From Phoronis australis (lineage: Eukaryota > Animalia > Phoronida): a stretch of DNA of 64,000 nt. The position numbers were made by a program, and so were the translations under genes. The DNA lies in contig NMRA01000022.1 of the NCBI GenBank assembly GCA_002633005.1, positions 991,357-1,055,356 of the forward strand, given 5' to 3'. Shown in pieces: positions 1 through 13,930 of the stretch. Below the pieces are notes generated by a model. It saw nothing but the letters and a program-made list of their open reading frames with translations. It was not told the DNA's origin and did not search any database. Every line of letters begins with the position of its first letter. The stretch's first letter is position 1.

Positions 1-1847
1 GTAAAGAATGCTGCGTTTTGATAGGTCAATTAAGCCAGTCACTCAAGATCCTGCCATCGATAGCGATAGGTAAATTACATTCTGCGCAGTGATTGGCCGC
101 CGCCTTGACGTTGTTAAAACAAAGGCAGATTTTGATTATTTTCACAGGCGTTGTGGCTGCTATTCATGAGGCAGAAAGCTTGTTTTGGTTATTGTTGAAA
201 CAAAGATTGTGCGCGACTTATTTGCAATTCTTTTTTATTAAAACTTTCATAGAAATTGAACCGTTTTCGAATCAAAATACATCATTTTTTACAATAATTT
301 AGACCTGAAATGCTGCAATATATCGTTAGTTTTCATTTTTATATTATACTGCAGAAAATTTCAAAGTTATATTACTCGTGATGTTCCGGCAATTTCCGTA
401 AAAATGTGCCGAAATTCTGACACATTTGATTTCCCATAACCAAGCCTCACATGATGGCTAAACCGATCAGCGCCATCTTGAAGCTTGGGAACGAGGCTGA
501 TGTCTCGTATAACTCCATTTTCAAAATTCAAAGACACCTAACATTTACTTTTGTTGAAAACAGCTGGTCGTTTGCCTTACATATCGTTCATTTTTTTACT
601 TTGAAACTAGTACGCTAAGCAGGTGCGTTGATTACGACCACAATTATCTCTTCCAATACACATTCTGCCATGTCCATGAGCTCACTTCAATCTGTGACGG
701 CGCCATCTACAGGTTCACCATTTACACCCGCTTGTACTGATATGAAGCTGCACTCACATTAGAATTTACGAGCCCATTAGCAAATCTTCTGAGTAAATCA
801 AGCAGTAAGCGAATTTCTAAATAATTTGTAAGTGAAAGTCATCTTATCTTTTACAAACGGTTCACGTCAACGTATTTTGATTTGCACGTGGATTTAAAAT
901 CCATATACGCCATCTTTGAAAAAAAGATTTCTGGCTCATGTTTTGAGGTGTAACCTTGTATGATTTTTTGTTCATTTTAAAAATGAGAGTTAGTGTTCAT
1001 AATTTTACATGGTAACTGGTCCATGAATTGCAGAATAGAGTTTATTGGTTGCTTCAACGAGATGGGCCTGCCGCTATCTTGCTTAATTGCAGGTTGAGTT
1101 TTCGTCTTCGGCATCAGTTGACCTACTTCGTGCTGTGTGGTACTTAAAATCATTGAAAAGTACTCAGGATAGATAGAAGACAGGAAAAGAAAAAGTTTAA
1201 GACACGCATATCATCTACGGGGTTATTGACACGCACTTGCAAGTGCAATTTTTACACACAAAATTCATTTGACTCATAAACGTATTAAAGAGTTCCCACC
1301 ATACATTTTTTTAGTTTTTGAGGTTTCAGTTAGCTAATGTGAAATGCATACCATAAAATCTAACACAATAAGCACTTTTTTGTGCCAAATAGTCGTGATT
1401 TTCCAATTTTGAAGAAAAACTAGTTATTTCCAGTTTTCTAGCCAAATTATCATCGGTAATGGATGGAAAACGTTTGGTCACTTGAAAATCAATTGCAATG
1501 GCGGAACACAGCAGGTCAGAAGACGAGGGCGATTTTGAGCGAGAAATGGAAAATCATTATGCAGACAGAGACAAAGATACTATAACCGTATAAAACCTTT
1601 GACAGAGAGGAGGGAGGGTATGGGCATCACACTCAAGTACTTGAAGTATCAGACAATGAATTCGGTTTCCCACTTAGCGAACTTTCGTCGACTTGAGGCC
1701 GCATATGAACTCGACTCACTTGCACGAGAAATGCTGCAGACCTAATGTGAGCCACAGCCAAGTGAACCAAGCAGTGGTCAAGATATTAACAAAATAGACA
1801 CTTATAATAATCACTGACAAAGGTCACAGTAAACCTGGGTCACTCAT

Positions 1848-2004
1848 CAGTGGCGGATTTAGAGGGGGGCCAAGGGGACCATGTCCCCCTAAAATTCTTA
1901 TTCTCCCAGATTCCGGCAGTTCGGGGGTGCCAATGTCTGACGGGCAAAATCCTGGCTAATACTCTGCCCTGCCCCCCCAACTCAAAATCCTGTATCCGCC
2001 CCAG
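1848..2004. mobile_element. Short non-autonomous DNA transposon (MITE) with GGCGGAT...ATCCGCC termini; related to 59033-59192
   Basis: Ends CAGTGGCGGATTT / CTGTATCCGCCCCAG; 5-bp flanks CTCAT/CTCGT; internal GGGGGTGC.AATGTCTGACGGGCAAA and AACTCAAAATCCTG shared with the 59033 copy. Confidence 0.6.
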
Positions 2005-3834
2005 CTCGTAAGCTATGATGATGGAATGAGCCCACGATCTGAACACAATGTATAAGCCTACATGTACGTGTCTTAGCACTCGGGCAATCTGGGCCAGAGT
2101 GAGGACCTGGCATCACTCGCCCTAGAATGAAAGCAGTTTGTTCGTTATTTATAAAATTTGCAAATACACTCACAAGGTGCTACGTCCCTTATCGTAAGGC
2201 CGTTTTTGTGTTTGGCCGAAACACGTTTCCTTTGAAATGTACCGAATGCATTGTGGCTCTTGACTAAATGGCATGTTCCACATACTCTTGATTCCAGGCT
2301 CTCGTGCGGCGTACAAACCGATGCCATTTCTGTAGTACACTGAGTTTCACGTACTAAAGAATTTTGAACACCGAAACTTTCTCAGTCAACTAAAAGTTTT
2401 ACTACAGCCTCTACAAACGTACCTTTTCATGTCTGAAAAACAGGCAGCTGTAGGCCAACTCAGGCACATCTCAGTATAAAGTACAGCCCCAATAACAGAA
2501 AAAAATAAATATTTTTAATTTTTGGCTCGTTTCCTAGCAATTCTAAAGGCTATCAAATCTCTTATTAAAATTCTTTTTGAGACACAGGGTCATGGTGGGA
2601 ACTCTTTTAACGATCTAAATGGGAATTAGGAGACTGTTCCGACTAAAATGCAAATTCTAATTTATTGTGTTTACTCTGAATCATCTCATATGAAGTTTAC
2701 AATTCCGAACCGATGGGAAGAGATCGATCTTCCGATGGACGTGCCCAAAATGGGAAAGACGCGGATACAGGCAGCGTCAGTACTGTGCCGTGAAGTAGTG
2801 CCTCAGTCTTTCATTCATTATAACGCCATTAAAATTTGAAATGAATCAGTTTTTGAAACGGAAATCTTTAGGAAAACCACAGCAACCGCATCGAATAAGG
2901 GTCAAAACATCAATGATTTCCAGGAAGTTTGATTTATTTTTACACAAAATCTTATCTTCTTGAATTTCTCGTGCTGGAGTACGTCGGTTACTGCTGTGAA
3001 AACGACGTGAACAAAACTTTAGTTTGAAAAGAGAAACTACAATGAAATTCAGTAACGACATCTGGATTCTCAAAATGATAGGTTCGTCCTTCAAACCCCG
3101 ACCTTTGCACTTCAGCATCTTTGTCATAGTCTTGTGTAAGATTGCCTGACGTGGCTGGAGTTCGCGGCAAGAGCTTTTGCAATGTGCGGTAAGGTTTGTT
3201 AGACCGGTTGTGTTGGCTGGTTTCTAGCCCAGCCGTAGATCAGCTCTAAGACGGGTTCGAACACACGTTCTTCAAACTTGGGTCGCCGCGTACGTTTTTC
3301 TGTCGCAGAGAGCTAAAGCTGCGACGGCACTTACTGTAAAATCCCTAAGAGCCGCCATTTTGTTAATTTACCCACTGGAGACCAAGTGAGGAATAGTTGA
3401 TTTCCAAACAATCACAAAAAACAGAGGATTTTGCTTTTATTTCGATCTGGTATAAAGTGAGCTAAATCTTCATTACATCTAATCGAACAACTAATCTCAA
3501 ACGCTCCGTTTGGGACTCAAAGACTTATGTTTCAAGACATTCATGTACACGGAATGATCACCCGCCGGGTCGAGACTCCCTTCTCATTTCTAAGTCTATA
3601 TCGGCGAGGAAATGAACTCGGCAGTGTACTAACCACAATGCAAAGTTACTAATCAAACACTGGGATTAGTTTCTCTTTGTCAAACGCAGTTATCGACCTG
3701 TACGTTGACACAATTCTGTGTACACAACGCACACCCAAGTAAGTACCCGAGTTTAGCATGAGATCTTTCAAGAAGTCGAAATATAGCCAGCGAGCGTGCC
3801 ACGCGGAGAGAACGTGCCCAAGCTGACGGGCGAA

Positions 3835-5085
3835 ATGTGCTACAGAAGACTTCACAGACTGATACTGAATCAGAGAAGGCACGTGACAGGCTGTATTCTT
3901 CTTATCGTGACTTTGGAGGCGCTTCACCTTACGTTTGACTACGCATCGCAATGTCGAGGTAATAAAAAGGAATCCGAATTCGCGGTTATACCGGCAGATT
4001 CAGCTGTCGAAAGGAATTCTGAAAAGCATGATACTTACGTATATGTCATACCACGTGTGAGGCTACGGAACGATGAGAAGTTCTACCCAAATGCAACTAA
4101 TAATTCATTCGCGTTAATACACCATTACCCACCAGACGTAAACCTGATTGAGTTGGTAAGTCACATACGGCAAGGACATAAAGTCAACGTGGAGCCCATG
4201 AACAGTTTAGAGTTTAGCTTCACTCTAGAACCCGAAAGATGCGAGTCAGAAAAATCTTATTTCTTGGTCTATATAATTAAGTCTCGGCCGACTGCATTTG
4301 TGAGAAGAAGCGTAATCCGAGATACCTGGGGCAATAATTCTTACCTGGGCATACATGTACCAGAAGTTAGAACAAAACGAATATTTTTGATAGGTAAACA
4401 CGAGTTCATGACCCAGATTGTTGAAGAGAGTCACAAAGAACGGGACATTTTGCAAGGTAATTTTACAGACGACTATGAGCATACCACTACGAAAACACTT
4501 ATGGGGATTCGCTGGACTGTGACGGCATGCAAGCAGACGAAATTTCTCGTTTTTGTTGACGACGACGTCCTGCTTCAACCTCGAGTGTTAATGAAGACGT
4601 TAATGGTGCCGCAAATACAACATATTCACAAACTGTATTTTGGCTGGTTTGAAGGCATTCATAACAGAGTGAGACGCCATAAAAACATGGGCCCTCCAAG
4701 AGACATGATTCTTACTGGAGAAATGTACCCATTTGATCGGTACCCTTTAGTAGCCCCGGCAGGAACTTACGTCATAAACATGGATTACGCGATAGACGTG
4801 AACATTGCAGCGCGCTATGTAAAACATTTACCCCACGATGACGTATATTTGGGCATCGTTGCGAAGAAGCTAAACATGCAAGTTGTTAGTACAAAAGATA
4901 TCATTATTGCAAGGCGACCAAATTCGGCGAAGTTCTTGCGAAGTCATCACCTGATACCTCGATGTGAAACATGTATTTCCTTCTGTTTAGAATTTCTACC
5001 GAAACATGTGTTGCAACTTTGGAAATATCGACAGAAAATCAAGCCAGAAATCAAAGAAGCAGGCTTCCGCTTGATTCAACTTTAA
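3835..5085 (+). CDS. Intronless GT31-family beta-1,3-glycosyltransferase (brainiac/BRE-5/B3GALT-like), ~416 aa
   Basis: The ORF track starts at GTG 3796; the first ATG is 3835. N-terminal hydrophobic segment (GCILLIVTLEALHLTF) fits a type II membrane protein. GT31 motifs: RRSVIRDTWG, DILQGNFTDDY, FVDDDV (DxD), YP..PAGTY, DDVYLGIVA. FVDDD and DDVYLGI are brainiac-like. Confidence 0.9.
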   Translation: MCYRRLHRLILNQRRHVTGCILLIVTLEALHLTFDYASQCRGNKKESEFAVIPADSAVERNSEKHDTYVYVIPRVRLRNDEKFYPNATNNSFALIHHYPPDVNLIELVSHIRQGHKVNVEPMNSLEFSFTLEPERCESEKSYFLVYIIKSRPTAFVRRSVIRDTWGNNSYLGIHVPEVRTKRIFLIGKHEFMTQIVEESHKERDILQGNFTDDYEHTTTKTLMGIRWTVTACKQTKFLVFVDDDVLLQPRVLMKTLMVPQIQHIHKLYFGWFEGIHNRVRRHKNMGPPRDMILTGEMYPFDRYPLVAPAGTYVINMDYAIDVNIAARYVKHLPHDDVYLGIVAKKLNMQVVSTKDIIIARRPNSAKFLRSHHLIPRCETCISFCLEFLPKHVLQLWKYRQKIKPEIKEAGFRLIQL

Positions 5086-6720
5086 TCTGAGGAATTCGTT
5101 AATTAGGATAGGCCTACAAACAAAAAGAAAAACTTATGGTTTGTTTGTCTGCTATTTCAATTCCACCTTTAGTTATGTTGGTTAACTGTAACAGAAGTTT
5201 CTGAATACAAACGCCTGTGCAATATTCACTGAAAATGGTGCTGATGTTATTGAATTTGGAATGCTGTCGCCATACCCAAGCAGGGGTTGTGTATGCCCAG
5301 ATGTGCCATATGCAGAAAAGTAGTCGCATGTCAGAAAGTAAAGCGTGAACACTCAGATTGACCCCACTGAGATTGACCCCTGCACCCCAATCAGCACGTA
5401 CAACCGTTTCCGTTACACGCCGGTCCACCTTAAGCTTTATCACCCGCCCTTCGAGGCTGTTGTTGCCGTGCACGTTTAGTGCTTTAAAAGGCAGCGGCCC
5501 GGCATCTGACTGTTCCGCGGTTGAACCAAAAAATATAACAATTTGAGTACAATCTGGTACGACTCCTCCTGGAATACCTTCTCGCTGCCTCACGTCTCTA
5601 GACCATACTATTTTCTCGTCCACTTGATGACTTGTTAATTATAATACCAAGAAGACAATACTTGGTGCCTTCCAGAGTTCTTGCAGTATCTCCTCAGGCC
5701 CGTAGCCAGAATTACGCAATTGTTGCTTCAAATTTCTAAAACAGTAAACCTTTTGATATTTCGCAAAAACTGGCATCGTCACTGTACCGTTTTCGGAAGC
5801 GTCTCTAAGGAGCTAAACAGTGGATGGCATAATTAGTTTTCAGTACATTTCTCTCAAGAAATTCAGACAGCAACTACAGTAACGTCAATGTAGATGTTGT
5901 AAGATCCATTTTTATCAACGTTACGCAATGAAGAGACGAGATATACATCAGGTTAATACGTTTTGAAATGTTATCTTCCTGGGATTTATCCGTTCTCCAA
6001 ACGTTATCTGTCGGTAACTAACTATTTGTTGTTGTGGACACATGTATCAGCGCCAATATGGCAATATGTCTGAGTCTCCTCTCCTGCAGTGTACTTGCCC
6101 GGATGAAGTGAAAACATCGCGCCTTCCCGCCCAACGACTACGGGACACATCGATCGAATCCCGTGAACTTCCCCTGGCTACTGGCCTGCTCCGTCTAGGA
6201 GAAACTGTCTGGGCACAGTTCGACGAGACCCACCCTTTTTCTCGCACCCTTGGTTTCAATCGCGTTTTATTGCATGCTATTTTCTCAATTGAAACAAGAG
6301 CACTTTAGGCGTTGGGCCACTCGAGTGTTTCCGAGCCTCTAAAAATCCGTCTTGTGCACACTTACTGTTAGTAAGAGTTACCCTTATTGTGTGTACCATT
6401 GGGACGATTCTTCAAGCGGTTTCTATTTTTGCTGACAATCGCTCATAAGCCCCACCAACTACACATCGATGATACCCATGTTTTTGGTAACTGAACTCGG
6501 TGACTGTTTTCAATAGTTACCACGTTGTCATTTTCTTTCGTTGTGAGCTTGTAGGCAAATTTACGGGGGGAGGCATTGCGGCCCCCCTTGGCAAGAGCAA
6601 AAAAGGTAAAACAGCTAAAGCGTGACTAAGTATTGAGTTTATTAATTAACCCCGTCAATTAACATTATACGACCGAAACATGATTTGTCAATTTGTGGAG
6701 TTTTAGGGGAGGGGGGGGGG

Positions 6721-7624
6721 NNNNNNNNNNNNNNNNNNNNNNNNNNNNNNNNNNNNNNNNNNNNNNNNNNNNNNNNNNNNNNNNNNNNNNNNNNNNNNNN
6801 NNNNNNNNNNNNNNNNNNNNNNNNNNNNNNNNNNNNNNNNNNNNNNNNNNNNNNNNNNNNNNNNNNNNNNNNNNNNNNNNNNNNNNNNNNNNNNNNNNNN
6901 NNNNNNNNNNNNNNNNNNNNNNNNNNNNNNNNNNNNNNNNNNNNNNNNNNNNNNNNNNNNNNNNNNNNNNNNNNNNNNNNNNNNNNNNNNNNNNNNNNNN
7001 NNNNNNNNNNNNNNNNNNNNNNNNNNNNNNNNNNNNNNNNNNNNNNNNNNNNNNNNNNNNNNNNNNNNNNNNNNNNNNNNNNNNNNNNNNNNNNNNNNNN
7101 NNNNNNNNNNNNNNNNNNNNNNNNNNNNNNNNNNNNNNNNNNNNNNNNNNNNNNNNNNNNNNNNNNNNNNNNNNNNNNNNNNNNNNNNNNNNNNNNNNNN
7201 NNNNNNNNNNNNNNNNNNNNNNNNNNNNNNNNNNNNNNNNNNNNNNNNNNNNNNNNNNNNNNNNNNNNNNNNNNNNNNNNNNNNNNNNNNNNNNNNNNNN
7301 NNNNNNNNNNNNNNNNNNNNNNNNNNNNNNNNNNNNNNNNNNNNNNNNNNNNNNNNNNNNNNNNNNNNNNNNNNNNNNNNNNNNNNNNNNNNNNNNNNNN
7401 NNNNNNNNNNNNNNNNNNNNNNNNNNNNNNNNNNNNNNNNNNNNNNNNNNNNNNNNNNNNNNNNNNNNNNNNNNNNNNNNNNNNNNNNNNNNNNNNNNNN
7501 NNNNNNNNNNNNNNNNNNNNNNNNNNNNNNNNNNNNNNNNNNNNNNNNNNNNNNNNNNNNNNNNNNNNNNNNNNNNNNNNNNNNNNNNNNNNNNNNNNNN
7601 NNNNNNNNNNNNNNNNNNNNNNNN
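6721..7624. other. Assembly gap (N run)
   Basis: 904 N, preceded by a poly-G run. Confidence 1.
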
Positions 7625-10600
7625 TGGAATAAAGCAATTGTGATTTATTTTCCAGAACTGAAATTCTAAATCAATTTTAATCGATTTAAAAATCGATATC
7701 ATACTAGTAAAACAGTTTGTGGTTGTAGTAGAATTGCTGTAAACCACTTTCCACTATTTTCTTGGCCTTTTTCTGTGTGGTGTTCTGTTCTTTCAAAAGG
7801 CGGCAGCATATGACGACCTTAGGAGTCATTATAAAATGACTGCCGAAAAGCAATGCACAGTTCAAACAACTCGGCATAAATAAAAGAAAACTTTTGAATC
7901 AACCAATACTATGGATTTGTGAGAGTCAAATCAAGTTCTATGGAGAGCATAACTTTGAAGTGGAATAATTGGGTGAGTACGACAACAAGCCGGTTTTATG
8001 CTTAGGCGGACGACCATTGGGTTCCCGAGTATACTAACCCTATAACTGAAACAGATAATTTAGGAGAGTGGTGCCTCTTCTAGGATAGTTCTCAAGAAAA
8101 TGTCGGAGTTGCGAACCTGTTGTCTATAATCTATGCATTTACTTCAGGCGTTTGGGTTTAGCTGTTCCTTGATCGCAAATGACGTCACCCAATACAAAGA
8201 AAACATAAAGGTTGGACACTCACAATCTGCTTGCTCAGAATCTCCTACTCAAATGTGCACGGAACTAAGCGAAACTTGCATCGAACAAATCTTTGAATAC
8301 CTTCTTTTATTTGATCTCTTCAAATTGCCTTCGAGTGGTGATTGAACGACAAGAATGCCAAAAGAATGCCAAAATCACAAATTCAAGGACCTTATTCCGT
8401 GATGTCATGGCAGACGGTCTGCGAACATCCGGGTTTTGGCGGACAATCCCGAGCTAAATTCGAAAGTCTATTTTCGCGCGCCGTCAATCTCTTGACTACT
8501 AGGTCATGAGAAGCAGTGAGCACATTAAAAATATCATTGCCAAATAAATGTAACTACTTAGATATTTGTGACAAATATAAATTATCCTGACACTGTATTG
8601 ATGTGCGAAATATTTTGTCTACTGTGATTTCTTATGAAGGTTTTACTTTTAGACAAAACCATTGAGTTTACTCGTCGGCCACGCGCATTGTAATACTTGC
8701 ACGGACAGCGTTTCCTGGCCGAGTGTGTGTTGTGCTTCAACCAAAAAAAGTGCGTGATGTCAAGATGTACGCCAGTTTATGCAATAAAATCTAAATTAAG
8801 GGCTTAAATGAGCTGTCCGTAAAATAAAGTTACATATAATCGTTAAAATACTAACTTTAACATTCTCAATTAATTGAGTTTTTGATTAGAATTATTGAAT
8901 TTGAAATGTAGGTTGCTTGCTCAAACTCGAAGTTTCACCTATGACAGGCGTGCAAGTTGAAGCACAACTGAAATCCGCCATGTTTACTATTTTAGGTCCT
9001 TGAATTCAGAGTTTTGAGATTGTTTTGAAAATTCCATCGCCAATTGACCACTCACAAGTACAATTAATGGGATCAAGGAAAGATAAGGCTTCGAATATTT
9101 ATGCAATGCCACACTGAGAGAGGTGCACGCAGATTATATTCGGATTTTGGACAGTTGAAGTTGGGAGCCTCGGCTTGGCAAAGTTTAAAGTACCTACCCC
9201 ATAACTAATACACAATCCGTACTCTAAAAACGTTTAAATGAACGCACCACTCACGATTCGCACCCGCGAAGAACCACCGCCTTTTTGAACTTGCCGCGAA
9301 CCCGGAAGTACAATTCATTCAGGAACCCAAGCCGAGAAAACGCCGTCAGTGCGACCGGAGCAGTGCCTGTTCCAGCCTGCAAACGGGGATAAAATAATCG
9401 ACAGCGCGTCTTAATTTAATAAAATCAAAATACGGACAACTTTATCGAATTTGCTGAAGAAATGTGGCGAATAAATTTCGACATATATTATTTTGCCAGA
9501 CTCGGGACCGCAGCCTATCGGACCCGGTGCGGGTCGAGACCACACACTGGCGAACCGTAAATGCATGCGGTTGCAAGCTGTTTTGTCGAAGTAAAATAGT
9601 CAAATCATAAATGCCGCATATATTCAAAGGTAGTTTCAGACACTTGCATAAAATTACGGACTGGTTAGTCCTGTGTCACAGTGCCGCCGCAGAGTAGCTT
9701 CAATGCCAGCTACCAGTGAAGACTATCGTCAAAATACCGCTTGATAGTAGGCCTATACAACTTTGCACCAAGGCTACCCTTAGGCCTACATGTAACAGGT
9801 CGCTTGCCACGAGGTTTATTTTGAACGTTGGTACTTTTAGAGAACTGTGCAATGTTGTTGGCTTTCAATAGAGATTTGCCCAGACTTTTTATGAGCGCAC
9901 CAAGCCTAAAAGAATGGGGGGGGGTGGCTGGAATTTTTGGAAATGTCTATCTTTTACTATAAGATTCACTGGATATGTTCAGAGCTATGAATTGCAGACG
10001 CTAAATTTTGGTACTTTCTGTCTTCTAGTGGAATATTGTCTCATTTTCTACTTTTTTCGGAATTCGTGCTTCTCTGACTGAGACAGACCTTTTTCCAGGC
10101 TCCAAATAGGGGGCTCGTTCGAGCACATAAGTATGACAAGTCCAATACAAAATGTTATTATTTTTTATTCATTAACCCAAAATGGTTCAAACTTTTAACA
10201 TAATAAGTAACTTAAAATGCACAATACTTTACAACATTTAGCAATACAAACACTATTCAACAGTGGACATGCATGTAACTATTTACCATGGTGACGGAAT
10301 AGTGTTTCCTTACACCAGAATTTGACAAGCATGATTAAAAAAATATGAAGTTCCAAGGAACAAGAATTAGAGGCTTGAAGCTTCACAATCCAACATAGCT
10401 TATTTCTCAAATTAAGATTATTCATATTGTTGACTTGATAACCTGAATAAGAAGCAATACATGACTTGAAAGCAACTGAGACTTAAAATTTAGAAAAATA
10501 TGAATCATTTTGTGACGCCGAATCAAGCCTTGAACAGCAGTTGACAGTCAAACAAAAAGCAATTTCAAAATTACTTCAACTATTTTTTTAGCTTAGTGTA

Positions 10601-12265
10601 AGATCACCCGTGGGAAATTTACAATAAAATAATTCGAATATATCTTATATTTTTGCACAAAAAACACGAAAATTGAACAAAGTTCCTTTTTTGTAGCAAC
10701 GTTTGTCAAAATGTATCAACGTTGAATCTTCACAAATTAAAAAGTAGCCGATCGAACATGCCTTTCAGTTCAGCAAAAGTCGCCTCGTTGTCGGTGCCGG
10801 CAGAAAGGAGACGAAACGAAGTGCAACGGGAATTGTGAGCACATTTATTACTTAATGAGTAACAACTGCGAGGCTGAAAATTAGTGAACACTGTTGAATC
10901 GTGCAGAATAGTAAGTAAAGATATGTCTAACTACATTTCACCGTAATTTGTAGGAGAAAACAATTTACACAAAGTTTTAAACTCGTAACTTATCCCGCTG
11001 TCCTCCAATATGGTCGACGCGATCCAAACAAAGAGACCCAAATTTCGCCACAAAACTTGAAATAACTTTACACTGCCTGCCCCGATTTTGATACTTTTTC
11101 AATTTTTACTGAATAGAATGCCCTACCTTTCCGATGATAGCAAAGTACTTTTTCAAAACGAGAAAAAAAATCAAAACCAAAAAAAATTGTTTCGACCTAT
11201 ATTGGTTCCTAGGTTCAACCGGCCTACGTAAGGAACTAAACACCAATACTACTTTAACATACTAAGTACGCGTAACATTCCAAAAAAAATCAACGAACAC
11301 TAACTACAAATTATAAATACACTACGCATGCAAACAGATCACGAAATATTACTAATAAAACAAAATAATGAAGACTTTTCGAGCAAGCGACAGCTCATTC
11401 AGTTACAAGGAAAAAATGACTGCGTTCAGGACAAGTTCCTGAAGTGATGAGCAGGAAATGTGGGTACGGAAATAACCGATGATAGCTTGTAATTATACGC
11501 TCACAGAGACGTGTCAAATACTGCTCCGACTTAATTCACTGTAACAATCTAGAGAATTTTTGCGTATTAAGTTCAATGAGTAGTTAACTGTAAAACTGAT
11601 GAATGACTGTTGTTGTTTATAAAAGGATCTGCTTTAAGAAAAAAGGTTATAAAGGTGATGGCAATTTATTATTTAGTTTTTGATTTTTAGTGATGGTGTG
11701 GTAGCTGATGGTGTTACTCTATCAAAAATCAAAAATTAAAGGGCAATTTTGACAGTAAAATCACCCATGAAAATCGTATTTTAATGATGTGGATTTCTGA
11801 CTCTGTCCCAATTTTTGTACTTTAGGGCGACCTAAAAGGGTTGTTGTGTTCCTTGTTAATTCCAGGTTGTCGTGTCTCTTGGGAGACATTTTTTTATTGA
11901 GTGCATCTGAATAAATTTATGTTTTTGATTATTTTTTGGAAGCTTTCCCAGATTTCCGTAAAACTTCCAGGATCAGATTTGGAAATTCTGGGTATCAGAA
12001 AAGGCATAAAAATTGGTGCTGTGAAACCTGTTGAGATACGAATAGATGTTATTGAAAGTATTTTGTGTCTGCAGTAAACTCACTATTCTAACACAATGTG
12101 TCCTTCGTTGATTACCACAATTGCCACGTTGAAAGCTAATTCCTTGTTTTGGAAGCTAATTCCTTGTTTTGCAAGCGTTTCGCACCATCACTTGTTGATG
12201 CCAGAGCCTCAGGGTTAGCATACACTACTTGATAATTTCCTTTAATTATATCGCTAATTGGAACA

Positions 12266-12554
12266 CACAGGCGGATTTAGGGAGGGGGGGTGGGCAGGGG
12301 CTACCGCAAGCAAAATGAAACAGCAACAGCGCGACGCGTGAGGAAATATAACTAGGACCGGTACTGGAGAAGCGGGGGTCTCAGACACCAGTTCGTGGCG
12401 GGATCTCGTTCCCGTTTTTTTAGTTTTAAAATTATTTTAGTCGATAGATTTCCCGAACAGAAGCTTCATACTCCAGGCCCCCGCAACAACTGCTCTTTGC
12501 CCAATTCCCCTAGGCAACATGTTGGGGCCCCTTCTGGTCCCTGATCCGCCACTG
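12266..12554. mobile_element. MITE with GGCGGAT...ATCCGCC termini
   Basis: CACAGGCGGATTTAGG ... CTGATCCGCCACTG; 5-bp flanks GAACA/AAACA. Confidence 0.5.
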
Positions 12555-13539
12555 AAACAGTACTACAAAACGTAATAAATAGTTTCTTCATAATCAATAT
12601 CAACATCACTGTCTCGCAAAAAATTGTTGCTGTTCTAGTATTGTAATTAGTCATAGGCGGATTAAGGGGTGGGGGGTTAGCAGGGGACTCAACGTCTTTT
12701 ACTATGAACTAGTCGCATAAAGTATACAGCGTGTAACAAACGTTACGGAAAAAAGCAGGTTCGCGCGCGAACACTCTGGACCATAAACAAGTATGTCTGT
12801 TAGCATGGTGTTACAGTTGAAAGCGTGGTGACCCACTGGAAGCTAGAGCACGCGCGCTTTGCGCGATTGTCTACTAGACAAATGTTGGCCTCTTTATGAT
12901 ATCCTAGATGTGACACTGCATTTGGCCCAAAGCTATTCAACTGAACGCAGACTCTGCTTCATGCTTTTGTCAGCACCTTTCGTCGCTGGCTTTTTCGTAT
13001 ACAATGTATCGTTGGTCACCCAAGCCCATCGTAAAAGTACAACAACCTTTGCGCTTCAGTTGACAACCCTTGTTTGTGGACAATCTAAGTGGTTGTCGTA
13101 GTGTTAACGTGATACCACGCTTTGATTGGATGGCATGTTTAAAAACATATCTTATGTGACCAATGTCAGCTAGCCGGGGTCCACTGCCGAAATTGAGGAC
13201 CTGCTCTGAAGGTAATAGAGCTTCGGAATCCCACCTCCTCGGAGTTCCAAGAGGTTTTATATTATATTTTTGACCGGCGCTGGAGCACAGCTGGAAACCA
13301 GGATAACCACCCATTTTTTATAGAATCGACTCGAAAAAGAGACTTATTTGTCGAGAGCATCCATACAATGTCATCGTGCCGTGTTTGTTCGACAAACACC
13401 ACCTCTTAATTTTGTTGGCATCAATTCCAAACCAACCCTTTCGTAAGCATTTTTGCACTGCTGCCTTTTTAAAAAGTACTATAGGACCTTATCAGGTATA
13501 CTTAGCCAAATGGCTTCAAAACTACAAACTTTAACTCAG

Positions 13540-13930
13540 AAAAGTAAATATTTCCTGAAAATGGAAACCTACAGAATTTGACTTTTTAGCACTGTGTCGT
13601 TAATTGAGTCGTGTGACGATCTCTTTGAAGTGAAGTTTAGAAATACGGTACTTCGATAGCAAAATAACGAAGTCAGCAATATTGACCAAATTCCATGATA
13701 TAAATATTTGACACGATGAAATTTAAAAATGGCTGTGATACAGTTTTCTAAATTATTTCGTTTTCGTTTTAAACAACATTTGATTTTTTCGTGAAAAATC
13801 ATAAAAGTGGTATTTTTGTGAGTCATGCAAAAGCGGGACAGTAGAACATCTGAAATTTCATAAGCATCTGATCAGTCATGACATTTCTAAATTCATTGGC
13901 CAATTTTATGGTTCTATAGAAACAGCACAG
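13540..13930. repeat. Dispersed repeat, diverged relative of ~26530-26950
   Basis: Collinear blocks seen by eye in both places (AGAATTTGA, TTAATTG.GTC, CAGTTTTCTAAA, TTTGATTTTTTC.TGAAAA, ATCTGAAA.TTCA). Boundaries approximate. Confidence 0.5.

Noticed and set aside
5114-5623. 169-aa minus-strand ORF
   Set aside because: Non-ATG start, no recognisable domain and no supporting exon chain.
6642-7747. Long ORFs of 315-360 aa in the track
   Set aside because: They are translations through the N gap.
12970-13314. 114-aa minus-strand ORF, possibly a decayed transposon-associated gene
   Set aside because: No motif I can identify with confidence.
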